From Nitrospirota bacterium (lineage in GTDB: Bacteria > Nitrospirota > UBA9217), in NCBI GenBank assembly GCA_046704425.1, contig JBJKRX010000083.1, positions 1-60,689 of the forward strand: a DNA stretch of 60,689 nucleotides, read 5' to 3'. Positions 9,649 through 18,418 of the stretch are shown here, piece by piece. The notes beneath the pieces are model-generated. The model was not told the origin of the DNA. It saw only the letters and a list, made by a program, of their open reading frames with translations, and did not search any database. The number at the start of each line of letters is the position of its first letter. Positions within the stretch are counted from its first letter, which is position 1. A program made the position numbers and the translations under genes.

Positions 9649-10899
9649 TTAGTTCCTCCTCAAGCTCTGGATGCTCTTCATGACCACGCCCGTCGCATCC
9701 TGGGCCGACCGCGCAACGTCCACGGGGGTCTTGAGCGTCCCGGTCGCGTAGATCCCCTTCGGCAGCGTCGCCTGGTCTACGAACCCGTCGTCGGTAACCG
9801 CGATACCGGCGCCCTTGAGGGAGCGTGCGGTGGGCTCCATGCCCGTCGCCAGGACCACCATGTCGAAGGTCTCGGTGATCTTCCCGCTGCCGAGGATGTC
9901 CTCGGCCGTCACGGCCACGTCGCCGTTCTGCGCCTGCTCGATCTTGGCGACCTTGCCCTTGAGGAAGGATACGTTCTGGTCCTCCTGGATCTTCGCGTAG
10001 AACCGGTTCTCGAAGAGACCGGGGGTGCGGATGTCGATGTAGAAGATCTTGACCGTGGAGTCGGGATAGAGCTCCCGCACATAGGTGGCCTGTTTGAGCG
10101 AGGCCAGGCAGCAGACGTAGGAGCAGAAGGGCAGATGGTTCTCGTCGCGCGAGCCGGCGCACTGGACGAAGGCGATGTTCTTCACTTCCTTGCCGTCCGA
10201 GGGCCGCACGATCTTGCCCTGCGTGGGGCCGTTCGGCGCGGCCAGCCGCTCCATCATCATGTTCGTGATGACGTTCTGCACCTTGCCGTAGGAAAGGTTG
10301 TCCATCCGCGTCGCGTCATAGGGGTTCCAGCCCGTGGCCATGACCACCGCACCGGCCTTGACGGTGATCGTCTCGGGCTTCATGTCCAGATGGATCGCAT
10401 CGTAGGCGCAGGCGGAGACGCACTTGGCGCAGGACGAGCCCTTGCAGGCCTTGCCGTCGATCACGTACTGGAGCGGGAACGCCTGGCTGTGCGCAAGGTA
10501 GGCCGCCTTGGTCTTCGACATGCCGAAATCGAATTCGTTCGACCGCTCCTCGGGACAGGCCTCGGCGCACTTGTTGCAGGCCACGCACTTGTCGTTCACG
10601 AAACGCGGCTGCTTCTTGATGACCACCTCGAAGTTGCCCTCGGAACCCGAGATCTTCTCCACCTGGGCCATCGTATGGATCGTGATCTGGCCGTTGTTCT
10701 TGATCCGCTTGTACTGCATCTCGAGGCCGCAGTTCGGGGGGCAGAGCTTCCAGAAGTACTTGTTGAGCTGCGTAACCCGGCCGCCGAGGTAAGGGTTCTT
10801 CTCGACGATGATCACGTCGGAGCCCGCCTCCGCAGCCTCTACCGCCGCCGTGAGGCCGCTGAAGCCTCCGCCGACCACCAGTACTGTGTTTTCCGCCAT
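9649..10899 (-). CDS. qmoA: QmoA (HdrA-like flavoprotein)
   Basis: Start MAENTVLVVGGGFSG; KLCPPNCGLE, VQCAGSRDENHLPFCSYVCC; directly downstream of aprA. Confidence 0.95.
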   Translation of the reverse strand: MAENTVLVVGGGFSGLTAAVEAAEAGSDVIIVEKNPYLGGRVTQLNKYFWKLCPPNCGLEMQYKRIKNNGQITIHTMAQVEKISGSEGNFEVVIKKQPRFVNDKCVACNKCAEACPEERSNEFDFGMSKTKAAYLAHSQAFPLQYVIDGKACKGSSCAKCVSACAYDAIHLDMKPETITVKAGAVVMATGWNPYDATRMDNLSYGKVQNVITNMMMERLAAPNGPTQGKIVRPSDGKEVKNIAFVQCAGSRDENHLPFCSYVCCLASLKQATYVRELYPDSTVKIFYIDIRTPGLFENRFYAKIQEDQNVSFLKGKVAKIEQAQNGDVAVTAEDILGSGKITETFDMVVLATGMEPTARSLKGAGIAVTDDGFVDQATLPKGIYATGTLKTPVDVARSAQDATGVVMKSIQSLRRN

Positions 10900-10936
10900 G
10901 GTATCGTATTCCTCCTTAACTACAGGCAGTGGACCG

Positions 10937-11050
10937 AATGCAAAATGCAAGAGGGGAAGTGCAAAATGGATGAACAGCGCATCGAGGGAACTGCGAAGAT
11001 CGGCCTACCGTCCGCCCTTCGTGTTTTTGCACTTTCCATTTTACATTTTG
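10937..11050. repeat. Inverted-repeat element with 7-bp-periodic arms in the aprA-qmoA spacer
   Basis: AATGCAAAATGCAAG...AAGTGCAAAATG is complementary to TTTTGCACTTTCCATTTTACATTTTG. Confidence 0.7.
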
Positions 11051-11058
11051 GAAAACAT

Positions 11059-11084
11059 CTCCGGGGAGGTTCCCCTCCCCGGAG
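11059..11084 (-). terminator. Strong hairpin just after the aprA stop (terminator or mRNA stabiliser)
   Basis: CTCCGGGGAG...CTCCCCGGAG perfect 10-bp stem; only a short T run follows. Confidence 0.55.
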
Positions 11085-11099
11085 TGATGAGACATTCGT

Positions 11100-13118
11100 T
11101 TACGGAACGAGCTGCGTGTAGGGGACCTTCTTGACTTCCCAGGTGTCCTTGGCCTGGTCGTACTTCGAATTGACGAAGCACTTCCAGTTGTCGTCATCGA
11201 TCTTGTCGAAGTCGCCGCGATAGTAGTAGCCGGGATACCGCGACTCCTCACGGAACAGGATGTGACGCGCATGGGCCTCGATGGAGAGGATGCGATGATA
11301 CTGCTCCCAGCAACGCATCAGCTCGTGGAGGTTGGCGGCCGCCATCTTGGTGGTGTCTTCCTTCAGCATCTGGAGCTGCCGGAGCCCCTCGTCGAGCATG
11401 GTCTTGGAGGTCATGTACCAGGTCGAGATGCCGCCGAAGTACTCGTCGGAGATCTTCTGCAGCCGGGTCTGGAGCATCTTCGGCTTGATGTAGTTCGGGT
11501 TGATCTCCGGCGCCGTGGTGTAGGTCTTGTACTTCTCGTAGACCTCGAAGGGTAGGTACAGCTCGGCAGCCAGGTGGTCCGCCGTCTCGTTGATCGTCGG
11601 CTTGTAGTCCGGGTTGTCGAGCAGGAACGCGATCGCGCTCTTCACGGCGATGCGGCCTTCCGTGTGCGAGCCCGAGGAGAACTTGTGGCCCGAGGCGCCG
11701 CAGATGTCGCCGCACATGAAGAGGCCCTTCACCGTGGACTGGCGGTTGTAGTTGCCCACCGGCCACTTCTTGTTCCATTCTTCCGGTGCGCCCAGATCAT
11801 CGGGACCGCAGCACCAGAAGCCGGCGCAGCCTGCGTGCGAACCGAGGAGATAGGGCTCGGTCGGCATGATCTCGGACGGGACCTTGTCCGGCTCGATGTT
11901 CTTGGCGGCCCAGAGGCCGGCCTGGCCGATGGCCATATCGAGGAAGTCTTCCCATGCCTCGGCCTCGAGGTGCTTCACCTTCTTGGCGCCTTCCTTGTCG
12001 CCGAGCTTCTCCTTGAAGGTCTTGTTGATCGCGTCCATGGCATGGTGCGTGTTCATGAGGATCGGGCCCTTGCCCAGCTTCATGTCGCGCATCATGAGAT
12101 GGTTGCGGACCGCCGTACCGAGGTTGTCGACGTACTTGCCGTACTTGGCCTTGGCCTCTGCCAGGGCCTCCTGGTTGGCGCAGTAGTCCTCGCCCAGGGA
12201 GTTGGTCGCCTTGGCCTTGAAGAACAGGAACCAGGCGCCCACCGGGCCGTAGCCGTCCTTGAAGCGGGCGGGCACGAAGCGGTTCTCCATCATGGTCAGC
12301 TCGGCGCCGGCCTGCAGGCCGAGGGCATAGCCGGAACCGGAGTTCCAGACCGGGTACCAGGCGCGGCCCTGGCCTTCCTGGGTCGACCGGGGACGGAACA
12401 CGTTCACCGCACCGCCGGCAGCCAGGACCATGACCTTGGCCTTGAAGATGTAGATCTTGTTCTCACGAACGCTGAAGCCCGCGGCCGCGGCGACCCGGTT
12501 GGGGTCCTTGGCATCGTTGTAGAGCTTCACGATGAACACGCGCTCGTAGTGGTTCTGGGCGACGCCCGTGGCCTCACGGTTTGTCTGGAGGGCCTTCTTG
12601 GCGGCCTCGGCGACGATGACCTTGTAGGACTCGCCGTTGATCATGATCTGCCACTTGCCGGAGCGGACCGGCTTGCCGCCGTCCTTCAGCAGGGCCTTGC
12701 CCGCTTCCTTTGCCTGGAAGCCGTCGAGGGAGAAGCCGTCGTCGCCGGTCTTCCAGATCGGCAGGCCCCACTCCTCGAAGGTCTGCACGGTGTCGTCCAC
12801 GTGCCGGCCGAGGTCGTAGACCAGGTCCTCACGGGTGATGCCCATGAGGTCGTTGCGGACCATGCGCACGTAGTCCGCGGGGTCGTTCTCACCCATGTAG
12901 GTGTTGATGGCCGAAAGGCCCATGGCGACGGCGCCGGACCGGTCGGTCGCGGCCTTGTCCACCATCGTGATCTTGATCTTCTTAGGGTTGGCCCAGCGCG
13001 CGCCTTCGTAGGCCGCACCGCAGCAGGCCATGCCGCCGCCGATGAGGAGGAGATCGGTCTCTACTTCTTCAATCGCCGGCTTCTTGCAGAATGAAAAGGT
13101 GCAGGTCTCTTTTTCCAT
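11100..13118 (-). CDS. aprA: Adenylylsulfate reductase alpha subunit
   Basis: RSGAVAMGLSAINTY, WQIMINGESYK, ENRFVPARFKDGYGPVGAW, GHKFSSGS, REESRYPGYYYR. Confidence 0.98.
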   Translation of the reverse strand: MEKETCTFSFCKKPAIEEVETDLLLIGGGMACCGAAYEGARWANPKKIKITMVDKAATDRSGAVAMGLSAINTYMGENDPADYVRMVRNDLMGITREDLVYDLGRHVDDTVQTFEEWGLPIWKTGDDGFSLDGFQAKEAGKALLKDGGKPVRSGKWQIMINGESYKVIVAEAAKKALQTNREATGVAQNHYERVFIVKLYNDAKDPNRVAAAAGFSVRENKIYIFKAKVMVLAAGGAVNVFRPRSTQEGQGRAWYPVWNSGSGYALGLQAGAELTMMENRFVPARFKDGYGPVGAWFLFFKAKATNSLGEDYCANQEALAEAKAKYGKYVDNLGTAVRNHLMMRDMKLGKGPILMNTHHAMDAINKTFKEKLGDKEGAKKVKHLEAEAWEDFLDMAIGQAGLWAAKNIEPDKVPSEIMPTEPYLLGSHAGCAGFWCCGPDDLGAPEEWNKKWPVGNYNRQSTVKGLFMCGDICGASGHKFSSGSHTEGRIAVKSAIAFLLDNPDYKPTINETADHLAAELYLPFEVYEKYKTYTTAPEINPNYIKPKMLQTRLQKISDEYFGGISTWYMTSKTMLDEGLRQLQMLKEDTTKMAAANLHELMRCWEQYHRILSIEAHARHILFREESRYPGYYYRGDFDKIDDDNWKCFVNSKYDQAKDTWEVKKVPYTQLVP

Positions 13119-13131
13119 TAGTCATTCCTCC

Positions 13132-13572
13132 TTATTTCTTGATTACCGGCATGGTCTTGCCAGCGCCCTGGTGGGTATAGAAGCCGGGCTGTTTGATCTT
13201 CGCATAGTCGGCCTCGGGCCTGCCCGCGTAGGGATCGACCGAGCCTTCGGCAGTGGTCCGGATGGGGAACTTGAACCGCTTCAGGACGCCGTTGCGGAAC
13301 TTGATGGTCCACATGATGGAGTCCGTGCCCCGCATCGGGATGACGCTTGCGCCCAGGGGGGCGAAGTCCTGGTAGGCCCGGACCTCGATCGCCTGCTGCG
13401 GGCAGATCTTGACGCAGTTGTAGCATTCCCAGCACTGGTCCGGCTCCTGGTTGTAGGCCTTCATGAGATCCCGGTTGAGGGTCATGAGGTCGTTCGGGCA
13501 GATATACTGGCAAGCAGTCTTATCCTGCGCCTTGCAGCCGTCGCACTTCTCGTTAATCACATAACTCGGCAT
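13132..13572 (-). CDS. aprB: Adenylylsulfate reductase beta subunit
   Basis: MPSYV...CDGC...CQYICPNDLM...CWECYNCVKICP...RFKFPIRTT; GGAGG RBS before ATG 13572. Confidence 0.97.
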   Translation of the reverse strand: MPSYVINEKCDGCKAQDKTACQYICPNDLMTLNRDLMKAYNQEPDQCWECYNCVKICPQQAIEVRAYQDFAPLGASVIPMRGTDSIMWTIKFRNGVLKRFKFPIRTTAEGSVDPYAGRPEADYAKIKQPGFYTHQGAGKTMPVIKK

Positions 13573-13627
13573 GTTTCTGAACCTCCTGTCTTCAGAATAG
13601 AATAAACTGCCTCGGCAGTCGTTTTCC

Positions 13628-14875
13628 TTACTTGTTGAGATTCTCCGTATGCACGCCTTCCGCATGGCCGTGCAGCTTGATCTCCACCTTCTCGGTGAGG
13701 CCGGCATAGTACTCTTTCAGGATCGTGAGCACCTCGGGCCGGCTGAAGTGGTCCGGAACGTCCTGGCCCTCGGAGAGCATCTTCCGAAGCTTGGTGCCCG
13801 AAAGCATGAGCCGGTCTTCCTTCTGGTGCGGGCAGGTGCGCATGGAGGCCATGCCGTCGCACTTGAAGCAGTAGAAGGTGTGGTCGATCTTGAGCGGCTG
13901 GGTCTCGAGCGAGCCCTTCGGGATCTCGTCGAAGATCTTCTGGGCGTCGAAGGGACCGTAGTAGTCGCCCACGCCGGCGTGGTCGCGACCGACGATCAGG
14001 TGGCTGCAGCCGAAGTTCTGGCGGAACAGCGCGTGGAGCAGGGCCTCGCGCGGACCGGCATAGCGCATCTCCATGGGGTAGCCCGCCTGGAGCGCGCTGT
14101 CCTTCACGAAGTACTTGTCCATGAGGGTATTGATCGCCTTGGCGCGGATCTCGGCCGGGATGTCGCCTTCCTTCAGCTTGCCCAGGATCTGGTGAATGAA
14201 GCAGCCGTCCATGGTCTCGATGGCGATCTTGGCGAGGAACTCGTGGGAGCGGTGCATGGGGTTCCGGGTCTGGAACGCGGCCACCTTGCTCCAGCCCTTC
14301 TCCTCGAACATCTTGCGGGTCTGCATCGGCGTCATGTAGAGGCCCTTGTAGGTCTCGGGATAGTGCGCCTCGGACAGGACCTTCACCGGGCCGGCCAGGT
14401 TCCAGTCGGGCTGGCTCATCACCTTCTTGACGCCCGGGTGCTCCACCATGTCGGTCGTACGGAACACCTGCTTGCACTCGAATTCCTTGTCGGCCGCCGA
14501 CATGAAGTACTTCTCGGTCACCTTCATGGTGGCCATGATCTCGCCCGACTCGTCATCCACGAGGGTGATGTCCTCGTTCTTCTTGAGCGAGCCCGCGAAA
14601 TCGGCGGACGCCGACAGCGTGATCGGGATGGGCCAGAACGTGCCGTCCGCCATCTTGTAGCGGGCGCAGACGCCCTTCCAGTCCCGCTTCCCCATGAAGC
14701 CCTTGAGCGGCGTGAACGCGCCGATGCCCAGCATGACGAGGTCCGACGTTTCGCGCGACGAGATGCGGAGCTGTTTCAGCTTTGCGGCCTTCTTCAGCTC
14801 CTTCTCGCGCGCCGCGCCGGAGAGAAGAAGGGGCATGAGCTTCTTCATCTTTCCATGCGGCTTAACCAGTGCCAT
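13628..14875 (-). CDS. sat: Sulfate adenylyltransferase (dissimilatory type)
   Basis: [40 protein letters not shown]...CPH zinc site. Confidence 0.98.
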   Translation of the reverse strand: MALVKPHGKMKKLMPLLLSGAAREKELKKAAKLKQLRISSRETSDLVMLGIGAFTPLKGFMGKRDWKGVCARYKMADGTFWPIPITLSASADFAGSLKKNEDITLVDDESGEIMATMKVTEKYFMSAADKEFECKQVFRTTDMVEHPGVKKVMSQPDWNLAGPVKVLSEAHYPETYKGLYMTPMQTRKMFEEKGWSKVAAFQTRNPMHRSHEFLAKIAIETMDGCFIHQILGKLKEGDIPAEIRAKAINTLMDKYFVKDSALQAGYPMEMRYAGPREALLHALFRQNFGCSHLIVGRDHAGVGDYYGPFDAQKIFDEIPKGSLETQPLKIDHTFYCFKCDGMASMRTCPHQKEDRLMLSGTKLRKMLSEGQDVPDHFSRPEVLTILKEYYAGLTEKVEIKLHGHAEGVHTENLNK

Positions 14876-14951
14876 AGAACGATCCTCCTTACCGGATTAC
14901 CGGAATTGAAAATGCAGGGAATCCCTGTACGCGTACGGACTATCGTCGCCT

Positions 14952-15599
14952 CTATTGCAGGATGGCGACGACCTTTGCGAAGATATCCTGGATCGAGCCG
15001 ACGCCCATGACCGTCTTCATGATGCCTTTCTTCTGGTAATAGTCGATGAGCGGCGCGGTCTGCGAGTCGTACACCTCGAGACGCTTCTTGATGGTCTCTT
15101 CCTTGTCGTCGTCGCGCTGGAACAGCGCGCCGCCGCACTTGTCGCAGACGCCCTCCTTCTTGGGCGGGGTGAAATGAATGTTGTACATCTGCTGGCAGGA
15201 CTTGCAGGTCCGACGGCCGGTCAGCCGCTTCATGAGCTCGCTCCGCTCCACGTCCACGGCGAGCGCGACGGTGAGGGGCTTCTGCATGCCGGCAAGGAGC
15301 TTGTCCAGGGCCTCGGCCTGGGCGGTGTTACGCGGGAACCCGTCGAGGATGAACCCGTCGTTGCAGTCTGGCTGCTTGACCCGCTCTTCCACCAGGCCGA
15401 GAACGATCTTGTCGGAGACGAGGCCCCCCTGGTCCATGATGACCTTCGCCTCTTTCCCGAGCGGGGTACCGTCGGCCACGGCCTTGCGCAGGATGTCTCC
15501 GGTGGAGATCTGCGGAATTTTGAACTTTTCGATGAGCATCTTCGCCTGGGTGCCCTTACCGGCCCCCGGCGCTCCCAACAGCACGACTCGTCTGGACAT
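14952..15599 (-). CDS. adk: Adenylate kinase with zinc-type LID
   Basis: GAPGAGKGTQA, ISTGDILR, LDGFPR, CxxC...CxxC LID. Confidence 0.97.
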   Translation of the reverse strand: MSRRVVLLGAPGAGKGTQAKMLIEKFKIPQISTGDILRKAVADGTPLGKEAKVIMDQGGLVSDKIVLGLVEERVKQPDCNDGFILDGFPRNTAQAEALDKLLAGMQKPLTVALAVDVERSELMKRLTGRRTCKSCQQMYNIHFTPPKKEGVCDKCGGALFQRDDDKEETIKKRLEVYDSQTAPLIDYYQKKGIMKTVMGVGSIQDIFAKVVAILQ

Positions 15600-15950
15600 G
15601 GATTTACGACCTCCTCACTACATTGAGTTTCTCGCTGGACGGACTGCCCTCTCCCGTGGACCGCTGCATCGGACAACGCACGACCGAGGACATGTCCCCT
15701 GCCCTGGCTGCGCTCACCCTTTCGCTGCACCATAACCGGTAACGGACGCTTTATGACGTCCGACGCCGATACCCCCCCTGCGGAGACGGCGAGCGAGGAA
15801 GCGCTGAGAGGACCTTAATTACGTCTACACGGTGCGATACACCCTTATGCTGCGGACTTTGAAGCGGGACCGGGGATCAAGGCGATGGGCAGCGCGAGAG
15901 CGACGGACCGCGTCGACAAGGCGCACGTGACCCTGGGTACGTTTTTAACC
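15600..15950 (-). other. Long, potentially structured 5' leader of the adk-sat-apr-qmo cluster
   Basis: About 350 nt with no credible ORF between the AT-rich promoter region and the adk RBS; several complementary segments. Confidence 0.4.
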
Positions 15951-15955
15951 GGCCT

Positions 15956-15984
15956 ATAATGGGTGAAAACGAGTTATTTTTCAA
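15956..15984 (-). promoter_or_regulatory. Putative sigma70 promoter of the adk-sat-apr-qmo cluster, inside an AT-rich regulatory region
   Basis: Minus strand TTGAAA-N17-CATTAT; AT-rich stretch continues to about 16100. Confidence 0.5.
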
Positions 15985-16159
15985 GTTAAAAATTATAATT
16001 TTCATATTAGTTTTGTTTATAAAACCGAGAGGAAAATGCATATTTTGTACATTTTTCCAACTGGTTAAACGCACTAGCCAATGCAAAATACTTCTGTTTG
16101 CACCCCTTCCTACGCATCTGACGAAAGACGCAATAAGACCGGCAAAATCGACTCTCTGG

Positions 16160-16190
16160 AAAAGAAAAAACCGGCCTGCAATGGTCCGGT
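16160..16190 (-). terminator. Intrinsic terminator after the cysteine desulfurase
   Basis: Minus strand ACCGGACC...GGCCGGT followed by TTTTTCTTTT. Confidence 0.5.
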
Positions 16191-16201
16191 ATGGCGGGTT
16201 G

Positions 16202-17320
16202 TTAGCGCAGATTCTCCTGCAGCACGTGGACCACGTGATCGATCTCTTCCTCTGTCGTCTCCGGCCCGAGGCTGAAGCGGATCGCGCCGCGCGCCTGCGC
16301 CGGGTCCGTGCCCATGGCAACGAGCACCGGTGAGGGCTCGACCAGATCGCCGTGGCATGCAGCCCCCGGCGAGACCGCCACGCCGGGCAGGGCCGCCATG
16401 ACCTGCGTGGCGTCGAAACCCGCAAAGCTGATGTTCCAGGTGTTCGGCAGCCGCTCCGTGGGATGGCCGTTCAGGCGTACGCTGAGACCGGCCTTTTGCA
16501 GGCCGTCGAAGAGCCGTTGCCCGAGGGTGAATAGGCGCGGCCCCTCGGCCTCGATCCGTTCCTGAGCGAGCAGCGCAGCCACACCGAGGCCCACGATGAA
16601 AGCGGCGTTCTCCGTGCCGGCCCGCAGGCCGCGCTCGTGTCCCGCGCCGTGCAGGAGCGGGGGCAGGCTCCGGCCGTTCCTGATATAGAGCGCGCCGATG
16701 CCCTTGGGCGCCCCGAACTTATGGCCCGCAACGGTCAAAAAGTCCACGCCGAGCTCGTCCACCCGTACCCGCACCTTGCCCACGCTCTGCGCCGCGTCGG
16801 CATGGAACAGCACGCCCCGGGACGCGGCAACACGCGCGAGTTCCCTAATGGGCTCGATGGTCCCGACCTCGTTGTTCGCGTGCATGATCGAAACGAGGAC
16901 CGTATCCTTGCCGATCGCCAGTTCGAGGTCCTGGGGATCGACCATGCCGAATCGGTCCACCTGGAGGTAGGTGACCGTATAGCCGAAGCGTTCGAGCTGC
17001 CGACAGGGCTCGAGGATCGCGGGGTGTTCGATGCGGCTCGTGATCACGTGCTTGCCCTTGCCCGATGCCCGGGCAATGCCCTTGATCACCGTGTTGTTCG
17101 ACTCCGTGGCACCGCTCGTGAAGATGAGCTCTTCGACCGCGCTTCCCAGGAGCCGGGCCAGGCGTTCGCGCGCCTCTTCGATACCCGCCCGGCAGGCGGC
17201 ACCGAAGGGATGGGAAGAAGAAGGATTGCCGTATTTCTCGCGCAGGAAGGGCAGGAGCTCTGCGAGCACCCGCGGGTCCACGGGTGTACTTGCGTTGTAG
17301 TCGAGGTAGATGGGTTTCAT
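16202..17320 (-). CDS. Cysteine desulfurase, IscS/NifS (group I) family
   Basis: YLDYNASTP, GNPSS, FTSGATESNN, MHANNEVG, AGHKFGAPKG (PLP Lys), SPGAACH catalytic Cys. Confidence 0.93.
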   Translation of the reverse strand: MKPIYLDYNASTPVDPRVLAELLPFLREKYGNPSSSHPFGAACRAGIEEARERLARLLGSAVEELIFTSGATESNNTVIKGIARASGKGKHVITSRIEHPAILEPCRQLERFGYTVTYLQVDRFGMVDPQDLELAIGKDTVLVSIMHANNEVGTIEPIRELARVAASRGVLFHADAAQSVGKVRVRVDELGVDFLTVAGHKFGAPKGIGALYIRNGRSLPPLLHGAGHERGLRAGTENAAFIVGLGVAALLAQERIEAEGPRLFTLGQRLFDGLQKAGLSVRLNGHPTERLPNTWNISFAGFDATQVMAALPGVAVSPGAACHGDLVEPSPVLVAMGTDPAQARGAIRFSLGPETTEEEIDHVVHVLQENLR

Positions 17321-17367
17321 GGTAGGAGAAAAATGAATGCGACACGCCCCGGAAAGTCAAAAACTAT

Positions 17368-17452
17368 CATCGCGAAGACGCAAAGGGCGCTCAGGAAAAC
17401 CGGGACGCGGATCGGCATGATACTCTTCGCGGCCTTCGCGCCTTGGCGGTTC
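17368..17452. repeat. REP/MITE-like inverted-repeat element with roughly 8-9-bp-periodic arms
   Basis: ATCGCGAAGACGCAAAGGGCGC ... CTTCGCGGCCTTCGCGCCTTGGCGGTT; the reverse complement of the right arm nearly matches 46910-46935. Confidence 0.7.
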
Positions 17453-17485
17453 CAAGGGTTTACGGCATTGCTTGATGCGTGGCGA

Positions 17486-18418
17486 TTATCCAGCCGCCGT
17501 ACCGAACAGGCCGGTGGAAAGATAGCGCTCGCCGCCATCCGGGAACAGGGTCACCACGCGCCTGCCCTTGCCGAGCTTTGCCGCGACCTGGAGCGCTGCC
17601 CAGCAGGCCGCGCCGGACGAGACGCCCACGAGCAGCCCCTCCTCGCGCGCGAGGCGGCGCGCGGTCTCGGCGGCATCTTCATTCGTGACCTGGATCACCT
17701 CGTCGTAGACCTGCGTGTTCAGGATCTTGGGGACGAACCCCGCCCCGATGCCCGGAATCTTGTGTCCCCCGGGCTTGCCGCCGGACAGGACCGGCGATGC
17801 CGCCGGCTCGACCGCGGAGATCCGGATGCCCTTGCAGGTCTTCCGGAGCCGCTCGCCCACGCCGGTGAGCGTGCCGCCCGTGCCCACGCCGGCGACAAAG
17901 GCGTCAATGCGCCTGCCGCCCATGGTCTCCAGGATCTCGCGGGCCGTCGTGGTACGGTGGACCAGGGGGTTCGCGGGGTTGTTGAACTGCTGGGGCATGA
18001 AATACTCCGGTCCTGACGCAGCGATCTCTTCGGCCTTGGCGATCGCCCCCTTCATGCCCTTGTCTCCGGGCGTCAGGACCAGCTTCGCGCCGTAGGCCTC
18101 CAGGAGCTGCCGCCGCTCCAGGGTCATGGTCTCGGGCATGGTCAGCGTGATGGGATATCCCTTGACCGCCGCCACCAGGGCGAGCCCGATTCCGGTGTTC
18201 CCGCTCGTGGGCTCCACGATCTGCATGCCCTTCCGGAGCCTGCCGCGCTGCTCCGCGTCCTCGATCATGGCAAGGGCAGGCCGGTCCTTTACGCTCCCGC
18301 CCGGATTGAAGCCTTCGAGCTTCGCCCAGACCTCGGCATCCGCGGGACCCGTGAGGCGGATGAGCTTCCGCATGGGCGTATTGCCGATCAGCGCGAGTAT
18401 GGTTCCGGCCTTCGTCAT
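17486..18418 (-). CDS. cysK: Cysteine synthase A (O-acetylserine sulfhydrylase)
   Basis: [42 protein letters not shown]; ATG overlaps the vorB stop (ATGA). Confidence 0.95.
   Translation of the reverse strand: MTKAGTILALIGNTPMRKLIRLTGPADAEVWAKLEGFNPGGSVKDRPALAMIEDAEQRGRLRKGMQIVEPTSGNTGIGLALVAAVKGYPITLTMPETMTLERRQLLEAYGAKLVLTPGDKGMKGAIAKAEEIAASGPEYFMPQQFNNPANPLVHRTTTAREILETMGGRRIDAFVAGVGTGGTLTGVGERLRKTCKGIRISAVEPAASPVLSGGKPGGHKIPGIGAGFVPKILNTQVYDEVIQVTNEDAAETARRLAREEGLLVGVSSGAACWAALQVAAKLGKGRRVVTLFPDGGERYLSTGLFGTAAG

Noticed and set aside
7412-10899. Selenocysteine recoding in the HdrA-like Qmo subunits
   Set aside because: Both frames are open with Cys at the motif positions; no in-frame TGA.
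15985-16100. Rex operator upstream of sat/adk
   Set aside because: Expected from other sulfate reducers, but no convincing TTGTGAA-N4-TTCACAA-like palindrome was found by eye.
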